This document shows, in pieces, positions 17,211 to 29,099 of a stretch of DNA of 64,000 nt. Location: assembly GCF_009914755.1 (NCBI RefSeq), contig NC_060927.1. One strand, written 5' to 3'. Under the pieces are notes generated by a model that was not told the origin of the DNA, did no database searches, and worked only from the letters and a program-made list of their open reading frames with translations. The stretch comes from the human T2T-CHM13v2.0 reference genome, Homo sapiens. Made by a program: the position numbers and the translations under genes. Position 1 is the first letter of the stretch; each line of letters starts with the position of its first letter.

Positions 17211-17785
17211 TTTATTTACTGGCCTACTTTCAATATTGTTATGTCTCAGGGAATAGGAAGGCCTGAAGAGATGGAGAGAGATCAGCAAACTGCCAATCAG
17301 TGGAGCAGTCAGAACATACACAACCTTTATCAGTTACATTCACCATCATTGTCATGCTTCATGACACCCCAAAATAATTCCAATAGTAACATCAAAGATC
17401 ACTGATTGCAAATTACCATAATAAACATAATAATAATAAAAAAGTTCAAAATACAGTGAGAATTACCAAGATGGGACAAAGGCACACGAAATGAGCAAAT
17501 GCTGTTGGAAAAATGGCACTGACAGACTTCCTCAATGCATAGTTGCGGCAAACCTCCAATTTGTAAAAAAAAAAAACAAAAAACAAACAAAAAAACAATA
17601 TCTGTGAAGCACAATAAAGCAAAGTGCAATAAAGTGCAATAAAATAAGAATGAGATATGCCTGTATATCTCTCCTCATATCCTGCCACATAGACAACTTA
17701 CTCAATACAGATTAAAAGTATTGACTGGGTAGGTAGGTTGTTTGGGTCCTATCCTGACTTTATAACTTACTGGTTTTATGTCCTA

Positions 17786-18151
<366 letters not shown>

Positions 18152-18500
18152 CTAAAAAGGATGTACCAGTAGTACATGCTTCATAGTGTTTGCTGAAAGA
18201 ATGAAATAAGACAATATCTGTTTAATGCTTAGAGTAGTACATTACCTATTTGATATACAGCAAGTAATCAATGCTACCTATTTTTATTAATTTTGCAGCA
18301 GTACAATAACATCTTAATCAAAAGCTGGAGCTCACAAGTAATAAGCATGTCTCCATATGTGCTACCTGAATTAATTCAAAATAAATCTGATAGTATGCTA
18401 ACGATAAGCATAGGACTTTGCCACAACTTTGTTCATTACTTTGACATTTAGTTACTCATTAGCACTAATATTCATAAGCATTCAAATAAATTCTCAAGAG

Positions 18501-19352
18501 AACAACCCCATCAAAAAGTGGGTGAAGGACATGAACAGACACTTCTCAAAAGAAGACATTTATGCAGCCAAAAAACACATGAAAAAATGCTCATCATCAC
18601 TGGCCATCAGAGAAATGCAAATCAAAACCACAATGAGATACCATCTTACACCGGTTAGAATGGCAATCATTAAAAAGTCAGGAAACAACAAGTGCTGGAG
18701 AGGATGTGAATAGGAACACTTTTACACTGTTGGTGGGACTGTAAACTAGTTCAACCTTTGTGGAAGTCAGTGTGGCGATTCCTCAGGGATCTAGAACTAG
18801 AAATACCATTTGACCCAGCCATCCCATTACTGCGTATATACCCAAAGGATTATAAATCATGCTGCTATAAAGACACATGCACACGTATGTTTACTGCAGC
18901 ACTATTCACAATAGCAAAGTCTTGGAACCAACCCAAATGTCCAACAGTGATAGACTGGATTAAGAAAATGTGGCACATATACACCATGGAATACTATGCA
19001 GCCATAAAAAATGATGAGTCCATGTCCTTTGTAGGGACATGGATGAAACTGGAAATCATCATTCTCAGTAAACTATCACAAGGAGAAAAAACCAAACACT
19101 GCATGTTCTCACTCATAGGTGGGAATTGAACAATGAGAACACATGGACACAGGAAGGGGAACATCACACTCTGGGGACTGTTGTGGGGTGGGGGAAGCGG
19201 GGAGGGATAGCATTAGGAGATATACCTAATGCTAAATGACGAGTTAATGGGTGCAGCACACCAGCATGGCACATGTATACATATGTAACTAACCTGCACA
19301 TTGTGCACATGTACCCTAAAACTTAAAGTATAATAATAATAAAATAAAAAAA
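18501..19352 (+). mobile_element. LINE-1 copy B (L1PA3/4-like), 5'-truncated, 0.85 kb
   Basis: ORF2 C-terminus ...SLIGGN* at 19129, 3'UTR with G-rich tract, A-rich tail; no clear TSD. Confidence 0.96.
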
Positions 19353-21075
19353 GAAAGATATTAAATTTTCTCCAAAATTTATACTCTAATGAAATTTCCA
19401 ATATGTGTGGAATCATTTTGATTTCCAGATAACTCATTTCCAGCAACATCATGTTTAAATCACTGTCAATGGCTAAAAACACTGAGTACAGTTTGTATTA
19501 CACTTTTACGTGTAGATCACTTTGCGCAGTAAAGAAATTTCCAAAGAAAGTTACCTATCAATCTAATTACTATAAATCAATATTATCCCCTTGATTTACA
19601 CTGTAATTTCAAAAACTTGAAACCATTACTAATGGCTCGTTAATTGTTTATGACTTTTGAAAATCCGAATATTCATTTTAAGTTTGGGTCTTTCTGAAGA
19701 CAGTCATTTTAAAAGATGGCTTATTCAGGTTTGAGTTTTTGTGTAATTTTTTTTTTTTTTTTTGAGAGCACATTTGTACCCTATTTTTGGCTTTGTTTTC
19801 CATCTCCAGGTTGGTAATGACTCCCACAGTAGGGGTCCAATGTAGGGATCATTTCACACCACATGGAAATGCAACTGCTGAAGTGAACTACTTCAAGTCC
19901 AAGGGAAGCTGAAAGGACTTTCCAAATCCCACAAACTGTAATTTCCCAAGAGGGATTTAGTCAAGGCAGTAAAGTTCATGGATTTGAAGGCAACTTAGAG
20001 AAGCTTTAATGGTGATCAAGACCCTCAACTTTAACATCTCATTTTAAGGCCAGGAACAAAGTCAAGAAAAGGCTGCATCAGGGCAAGCAGAGTCAATGCT
20101 TAAAAAAAAAAAAAAAGGTGCTGATAGAATTGTCTATTTGCAGCTCCAGGGTATTCTTGAGCAGCAGTTCTCAAACTTTTTGGCCTCGGGCTTCTTTACA
20201 CTTAAAATTATTGAGGAAATTCTAAAAAGTTTCTTTTTTTAGGTTATATCTATCCATATTTACAGTAGCACAAACTAAAACTGAGAAATATTTAAAATAT
20301 TTTTCATTTAAAAATATATTTATTGCATGTTAGCATAAATAACATATTTTATAGAAATAACTATATTTCCCCAAAAAAAGAGACAAGTAGTATCATTTTA
20401 CATTTTTGCAAATCCATTTAACATCCAGTTTAATAAGAGACACTGAATTCTCATATTGGCTTCTGCATTCAATCAAATGGTATGTGTTTTTTTGGTTGAA
20501 GTATATGAAGAAAATCAGGGCTCACACAAATACGTAGTAGGAAAGACAGGAGTATTTTAATAGCATTTTTATATATTTGTGGATTTCTTCCTTTGACACC
20601 ACATCAAAACTCAAATTGTAGTTTCATAAAGCTAAGTTGCAATAAGTAATCTGAAAACATATCAATTAATTTTGCATACTCTGTAACATTAAAATCCATT
20701 GGGCTTTTCTTGCACTCTAAATGGATCTTTTACACATGAATGATTTTGTAACATCATGAGATGATCATTTGGAAAACACTGCTTCACTGAGTTATGCAGA
20801 TCTTCAAAATGTTGGCAGATTTTATTATATAATATCAAAAAATATCACCACTGATCTCATCATAAAAGTCTATTAAGTATTGGAAAAATCAAGATCACAT
20901 AACTGATGCAAGTTTTTAAAAATTCTTCTAATTTTCACTTGAAAGCTTGAGTGACAACTCATTTAATTTGTTTTTGAGAAAATATCTGTCAAATATCCAA
21001 GTTTGAAGAACCATAGTTTGTCAGTTGATCTTTCAAAATGGAAATTTTAAATTTCATGAAAAAGTGGCTATGTTA

Positions 21076-21181
21076 CTAGGTTCCTGCAAAAGTAATTATG
21101 GTTTTTGCCATTACTTTTAATGGCAAAAGTAATGGCATTAAAAGTAATGGCAAAAACTGCAATAACTTTTACACCAACCTA
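21076..21181. mobile_element. MADE1 (Hsmar1-derived MITE) with expanded centre
   Basis: 'tagg..tgcaaaagtaatt..ggtttttgccatt ... aatggcaaaaactgcaat.actttt.caccaaccta', flanked by TA. Confidence 0.92.
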
Positions 21182-21355
21182 TAGCTTTCAACTCAAAGCA
21201 CACACAAATGCTTTAAACATCACTCCATCCCATTTTGTTACTCCAAGAATCTAAAAAGGTATACTGTAGGATGAGTTAATAAAACTAGCAATTGTACTGC
21301 TTCATAAGGAACACTCATAAGGAATGTAAAACTGACATTTTTGAAAATGTGTGGT

Positions 21356-22027
<672 letters not shown>

Positions 22028-22799
22028 GTGGCAATAAGGAATACCATACCTACTAATAGAGTTAGTGAAACTGCCTTGATTCATGTGCCAGAAGTGTTAC
22101 ACACCACAGCTTTCGCACCATCAGAACAAACGTAAACACAATGCAAAAGATAAATATCACCTCAGTATTATTATATTATAAAAATAGTTATGACTTAATA
22201 GACGTCCTAAAAGGGTCTTGAGTACCCCAAGAACCCATGAACCACATTTTGAGAATTGCTATTCTAGAGAATTGCAGCCCTATTTAGTTGGACCACTCTG
22301 AAGAAGGAAAAAAAACCATAGCCTCTTTAGAAGGGCTGAATGTCTTCTGTTTCAGCTTTCCTTGTAGGATCTAGCTTAGGACTGAAATTGGGGTTCCCTA
22401 CTTGACTGACACTATGAGGAATATTATCAAAATATAGAAAAGACAAATAAGACATATTTAGCTCTCTTTTTTCTAAAACAAAACAACAGAGTAGCCCTTA
22501 TTTTTTCTGAACCCCTAAAGCTCCATTAGTGTTCTGACAAATTCTGTGTCACTCTGTACAAAGTTCTATACACAGTGAAATAATTAAAAGAGAAAAAATC
22601 AAAATAATGGCATAATTTGGAAAATTGTTCATTGTGATAAACTATGGATTTTGCTCTATCATTTTGAACTTGCCTAAGCATGGTCACTGTTTTTCTACAA
22701 AATATTATGTACATATACCTTAAATGTTCTGAAAAAACCCCTCATTTTACAGATAACATAAACTGAAGCTCAAGGAATTTCCATTTAAATATATAATTT

Positions 22800-23500
22800 G
22801 AGAATTGAAACAGTCCTTCAGTTCACCTAATTCAACCTTCGTCCTAAGTAAACTTCATGCTTCTTATATGGTCTTCCTGGCTTGCCTTGAACCCCACCAG
22901 TAGCAGGTAGCTCCCTGCCTCTAGAGGTGTTATTGCATTCCAAACTGACATCACCAGCAATTCAGATGTTTTTCTTTAGATTGAGATAAAGCAAGTCCTA
23001 TATATACTTTCTGATTTGGCATAATATTTCTATTTCCTAAGAACATGTTAGCTTTTCCACAGTCAAAACATAATATTAGCTTGTAGTGACCAGGTGATTT
23101 GTAAAACCCATAAGTCTTTTACATGAATTGTCAAGTCTACCCTAGGCCACCTTTGGATTATACTGCTGATAGTTTCCTCTAATGTTAAGGTTTTTTTGGC
23201 TTGTTTGTTATTTTTTATGTTTAATAATTTCATATCAAATTACATAATGACTTGTTTTAATCACTAATGGTAATGTTTTAAAATTAAATTTCATGTAGTT
23301 CACATTGGCCCATAGTGTAATATCTTGTGATCATTTCAATTTTTGATTTATTCAACACTGATGGTACCTACACACAATTTATATCATCAGCAATGTTGGT
23401 TTAGAGGCCAAACATGTCTTAATCTAATTTTCTTTCTAATAGCAGTAATGACAGGGAGAAGAACATAGGACTGCGGCTGTGACATGAGACTAGAGATACT
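22800..23500 (-). mobile_element. L3/CR1 LINE relic
   Basis: Degenerate matches such as 'ccttcagttcacctaattcaacc', 'ttgaaccccaccagtagcaggtagctc' and 'taaatttcatgtagttcacattggcccat'. Confidence 0.5.
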
Positions 23501-26080
23501 CATTTATTAAATCACTTATGTTACGATTTCACAGTAGTGTTCTAGGCCCTTAGCATAAGTACACTAATCTATACACATTGAGCTTGAAGGATTCAACCAC
23601 CAACAATCCCATGTAATTAATTCATACTAAAAGCTCTACTAGCAACATTACTCTTATGGCTATTATTATTATGCTTATTAAATATTTTTTCAGAGAGTCA
23701 GTGCTGGAATGCTTTTCTCCTCAATCCTGTTTCAGAGGCTTTTTCATAATAACACAATGACTTTTGAGGAGAGAAGCCAATGAGCTATCTCTTGAATTCT
23801 TACGTGGTCTATGAATGCTGAATCAATGCTGAATACCCTATAAATCAAGGGCAGATATCAGGAAATGTGTTTCTGTGTTTTATCTTTATTTGCAGCAAGG
23901 CTTCTGTAGCAAGGATCTGTAGATAGAGACAGATCCATTTCTGAATTCCAACTCAAACAACCAGTAACTTTCAATCTACTTAATCGTCATGAACTTCAAA
24001 AGTTATGGTGAAAATTTAATATGAAGTATTCAGTGCCTAATACAGTGCCTGACACATAGTAGGACTCAATAAATGGTGATGTTTATTACTAAATGTTAAT
24101 ATTTATTATTCAATTGTACAGAAATATTTGAAAACTGAATAATGAGAATGGAAATAAAACAAATACCTAAATCATGTTTTTTCAGCAAAAAAGTTTAGTT
24201 TAAAAGAGAGAAAAAGCTTAAAACTAAAGTGTTTGCAATTTCCTTCTATTTGTATATTTTCAAAACTAACTGATGATATTTCATCGGTAAGCAAAAGAAT
24301 TTCCAAAACTAATCTCACGCACAAGAAGCCAAGCTTTGATACGTATAATTTGTAGATCTATAGGAAAAACATTGACCAAATAATATTAAGACCAGCAGGA
24401 GAAATTTTGTACAGAAATTTCTTTTACCTACAGTCTGAAGCTGTAGGCACAAAAATTTGAAAAGCCCAGATGTCCTTTATGTGATGTATAATGATGTCAT
24501 TATAGAATACAAAATGAACCATAGTAGCACAAAATGAGGAGCCTCCCTATTTATAGACACATTTGCTGGCATATGTTATCTGTAATTCCACAGGCTGAAA
24601 TTCAGGAAGATGAAATAGATGTCATTATTACTTATATGAAAATCACTCATTTTTCCCCCCAAAACATGAATTCTGTATTTGAGATTTATGGCTGTCATAT
24701 TTAGAGTAAAATGGGATCTGTTATTTCCTGACATTTGGATTCTCTATCCATGACCTACCTTTACAATTTATTCTCTTTATTCTTTGTGTATTAGGGTCTC
24801 TGTAACTAGCCCTAAATTTGAATACATGGTTTTCTCCCTGATTAATTTGATTCATGTATCTATTCATGTATTCATCACTTCATTCATTTATACATCCATC
24901 CAATTATTCACTGAGTGATTGCCATATGCTTGCCAGTAGGGACACCAAGTATAATATAGAAACCCACTACATATTGGACTTGTTTTAAGAAAAGGGGAGC
25001 CAACATTTTTTTCAAATACTTAAAAGACTGAAATAAAAATATACCAAAATGTTAATTAATAGTGATTGTCTTGAGTAGTATTTTTACTAAACTTTTCTGA
25101 TCTATCTATATTTTCTACCAAAACACAATGATTTAAAATTTGCTAGTTTAAAAGGAGATTCATTTTTCAATCAAGTCATATAACAGTAAATACTATGATG
25201 AGATGAAAGTTATACATGTGAGAAAATATATTTCAATAATATGTAGTGCAGTGGGCTGGATAACCAGTTTCCCAATGGTTCAACAAGTTTATTGATCATC
25301 TTGCAGATCAGGTATGTTTTGTCCTTCTTCCATATTAATAGCATAATGTTCTTTTATTTATTTTCTTCCTGTAATTTATAATGACCATATGTCTAAGTAG
25401 TGATCTGTGCTCACCTCTACTACAAATACTTGATCTCATAGTCCCATATAGAAATCAGCACTCATCAGATCATGTGATATGATTTGGGGTTCAAAACATG
25501 TGTCCCCTAAGGGATGTAAATTGGATTAGCTTTCCTGGGAACTTGATTGCATATCCCAGTGAGAGAGGTGGAAGATGGTAAAAAAAAATGTGGATGAAGA
25601 CCAATATAAGGCTTCCACCAAGTTCTCTAGTCTTAATTTCATATTCATTTGAGAGGTGAAAACTGACAGTGAATCCCTTAGTAGGACTATACGGAGATGC
25701 CAGAGCATTCCCTAGCCAGGAACTGAAGTCAGGAAGAACTACCAGGTTAAGAACATAATGCTATGTGGAATCTCCTGATCTTATAAAACTGGGAAGGACT
25801 GAAGCTGCCACAAGCGGAATCAGCAGGTATCATGTGGTAAACTACCTTTTTATTTCTATCATCATATTTTTCTCTTGTGCCGCAATTTGCTAGATTAATG
25901 AACTTTAAGATACTTCCTTTCCCTGTGCCCTTCCACTGGAGAAAAGTAGGGGTTACTCTTAAATTTTCTAATATACTTATTTAGGTCTTTGTTTTTCTAA
26001 GTTTGAAGCAATTTAAGATTCCTTTCTTCCTCCTGAAAATGACACTGGCCTTATTACCAGTTAACTCTCCACAGAACAAA

Positions 26081-26167
26081 GTACCCATGTTGTCACTGGG
26101 ACCTACATTGTACCCATGTTGTCACTGTGACCTGTGTTGTACCCACGGTGTCACTGTGACCTATGAT
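26081..26167. repeat. Minisatellite, 29-bp unit x3
   Basis: gtacccatgttgtcactgggacctacatt / gtacccatgttgtcactgtgacctgtgtt / gtacccacggtgtcactgtgacctatgat. Confidence 0.95.
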
Positions 26168-26274
26168 ATTAGTCTTTTCACTTTATTCGTACATATTTCT
26201 TCTGCATTATTTTTACTTCCAGTAGTTAATTAAAACTTTTTTTTTTTAGATTTAGTTTCTGCACCATATATATC

Positions 26275-28320
26275 TGTATTAGTCTGTTCTCATGCTGCTA
26301 TAAGGGCATACCTGAGACTAGGTAATTTATAAAGCAAAGAGGTTTAATTGACTCACAGTTCTGCATTGCTAAGAAGGCCTCAGGAAACTTACAATTATGA
26401 TGGAAGGGAAAGCAAACACATCCGTCTTCATATGGCAGCAGAAGAGAGAAGAATGAGAGCCTAGCAAAGGGGGAAACCCCTTATAAAACCATCATATCTG
26501 GTGAAAACTTACTCACTATCACGAAAATAGCATGAGGGAAACTGCACCTATGATTCAATTACCTTGCACCGGGTCCCTCCCACCACATGTGAGGATTATG
26601 AGAACTACAATTCAAGAAGAGATTTGGGTGGAGACACAGTCAAATTATATCATTCCACCCCGGCCCCTCCCAAATATCATATTTTCACATGTCAAAACAC
26701 AAACATGTGTTTCCAACAGTCCCCCAAAGTCTTAACTCATTCCAGCATTAACCCAAAAGTCCAAGTCCAAAGTCTGATTTGAGACAAGGCAAGTCTCTTC
26801 TGTGAGCCTGTAAAATCAAAAGCAAGTTAGTTACTTCCCAAATACAATGAGGGTACAGGCATTGGGTAAATACACCCATTGAAATGGAAGAAGTTGGCCA
26901 AAACAAGGGCTGCAGGTCCCATGCGAGTTCAAAATCCAGTGAGCCAGTAATTAAATCTTAAAGCTCTGAAATGAACTCCTTTGACTCCATGTCTCACCCA
27001 GGTCACACTGATGTAAGAGGTGGGCTTCCACGGGCTTGGGCAGCTTCACCCCTGTGGCTTTGCAGAGTACAGCCTCCCTCCCAGTTGCTTTCATGAGTTG
27101 GCATTGAGTGTCTGTGGCTTTTCCAGGTGCACAGTGCAAGCTGTTATCGTATCTACCATTCTGGGGTCTGAAAGATAGTGGCCCTCTTCTCAAAGCTCCA
27201 CTAGGCAGTGCCCCACTGGGGACTCTATGTGGGAACTCCAGCCCCACATTTCCCTTTCACACTGCCCTGGCAGAGGTGCTCCATGAGGGCCCTGCCCCTG
27301 CAGCAAACTTCTGCCTGGACATCCAGGCATTTCCATACATCCTGTGAAATCTAGGAAGGGAGACATTTTCCCCATTGTCTTGGTGATTAACTTTGGGCTC
27401 CTCCTTACTTATACAAATTTCTGCAGCCAGCTTGAATCTCTCACCAGAAAACGGGTTTTTATTTTCTATTACATTGTCAGCCTGCAAAATTTTCAAACTT
27501 TTATGCTCTGCTTCCTGTTGAATACTTTGCACTTAGAAATATCTCCCACCAGATACCTTAAATCATCTCTTTGAAGTTCAACATTCCACAGTTCTACAGG
27601 GCAGGGGCAAAATGCTGCCAGTCTCTTTGGTAAAGCATAGTAAAAATAACCCTTATTCCAGTTCCTAACAAGTTCCTCATCTCCATCTGAGACCAACTTA
27701 GCCTGGACTTCATTGTCCATATCGCTATCAGCATTTTAGTCAAAGCCATTTGTTCCAAACTTTCCCACATCTTCCTGTCTTCTGAGCCCTCCAAATCTCT
27801 AGGAAGTTCCAAATTTTCCCACATTTTCCTATCTTCTTCTGAGCCCTCCAGACTGTTCCAACATCTGCCTGTTACCCAGCTCCAAAGTCACTTCCACATT
27901 TTTGGGTATCCTCATAGCAGCACCCCAGTCCCTGCAGTACCAATTTACTGTATTAATCCATTCTCACACTGCTAGAAGGACCTACTCAAGACAAGGTCAT
28001 TTATAAAGAAACGAGGTTTAATTGACTTACAGTTCTGCATGGCTGGGGAGGCCTCAGGAAACTTAAAATCATGGCGAAAGGGGAAGCAAACACATCCTTC
28101 TTCACATGGCTGCAGAAAAAGTATAATGAGAGCTGAGTGAAGGGGGAAGCTCCTTATAAAACCATCATATCTTGTGAGAACTTACTATCACAAGAATAGC
28201 ATGGGGAAAACTGTACCCATGTTTCAATTACCTCCCACCAGCTCCCTCCCATGACACATGGGAATTATGGGAACTACAATTCAAGATAAGATTTGTGTGG
28301 GGACTAGTCAAACCATATCA
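26275..28320 (-). mobile_element. THE1D-like MaLR provirus: LTR 26275-26652, internal 26653-27948 (deletion near 27357), LTR 27949-28320
   Basis: Two similar LTRs tgtatta...atatca; TSD atat(c/t); internal region homologous to 30532-31230. Confidence 0.95.
26551..26561 (-). promoter_or_regulatory. Intact DUX4 consensus motif TAATTGAATCA in a THE1 LTR
   Basis: tgattcaatta on +; motif match only, no binding data. Confidence 0.5.
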
Positions 28321-28385
28321 ATATTCAATTCCTTGTAGCTTACGCCCCTTAGTGTTTATTTTTCTTCTTGATAAACTATTCAATA

Positions 28386-28741
28386 CAGTACTCCCTCCTT
28401 ATGTGTGAGGCACATGCTTCAAGACCCCCAGTGAATGCTCAAAACAATAGGTGGTACCAAACCCTATATATACTATATTTTTCCCAGAAAGTACATAGCA
28501 ATGTTAGAATTTAATTTATAAATTGGGCATAGCAACAGATTTAAAACAATAACTACTAATAAAATAGAACGATTATAATAATATTCTGTAATAAAAGTTA
28601 TTTGATTCTGGTCTTTTTCTCTCTCTTTTGCTCTCAAAACCTTTTATTGTACTATTGTGTGCCCAGCTATTTTCCAACTGCAGTTGACTTTGGGTAACTG
28701 AAACAGTGGAAAGCAAAACTGCAGGTAAATGGGGACCACTG
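28386..28741 (-). mobile_element. MER44A/Tigger7-family non-autonomous DNA transposon
   Basis: TIRs 'cagtactccctccttat' and 'gtaaatggggaccactg', flanked by TA. Confidence 0.8.
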
Positions 28742-28743
28742 TA

Positions 28744-29090
28744 TCTTTTTAAATGAAAAACTATGCCTAGTAAACTCTATTAGTCTTTGTATGTCAGAAA
28801 TGTCTTTTTCTACCCTCTCTTCACTCTTTCATGATAATCTACATGGAGGTAAAAATTTAAGTCATAAGTTATGTTCCTTCACTAATTTGAAGATATTTTA
28901 TCATTGTTTTTGACATCTCTTGTTCATAATCCTGTTCATAATGGTTCTGTTGTCTCATTAATTGACATTCTAGGTGGTCCATCTATTCTCTGAGGTAGCT
29001 TTTAAGAAATTCTTTTTAATTATTTATGTTCTGCAGTTCCACTACCAAGCATTTGGTATGGGGTTTTTAACTGGCCAAAATTTAGCATGT
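28744..29090 (-). mobile_element. Ancient L1M (ME/MC-like) host fragment; related pieces probably near 25960-26270, 35600-35860 and 39335-39500
   Basis: 'tcagaaatgtcttttt...tttgaagatattttatcattgtttt' resembles the antisense L1M ORF1 region. Confidence 0.5.
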
Positions 29091-29099
29091 CTTTCCTTT

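Larger units (their letters stand above)
10673..17663 (-). mobile_element. Tigger1 (TcMar/pogo) DNA transposon with both termini, split by a 4.6-kb L1 composite (Tigger1 parts 10673-10976 and 15587-17663)
   Basis: Degenerate TIRs 'gagacatgcctc' and 'gagatatgcctg' flanked by TA at 10671-10672 and 17664-17665; transposase peptides in the ORF track. Confidence 0.93.

Noticed and set aside
19184-19206. G-quadruplex-like tract
   Set aside because: Standard L1 3'UTR feature, present in each young copy.
26081-26167. 29-bp repeats as a CRISPR array
   Set aside because: Head-to-tail units without unique spacers, no cas genes, primate context.
27752-27862. ~55-bp tandem duplication inside THE1-int
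   Set aside because: As I recall, this duplication is present in THE1D-type internal sequences, so it is probably inherited rather than local; unverified.
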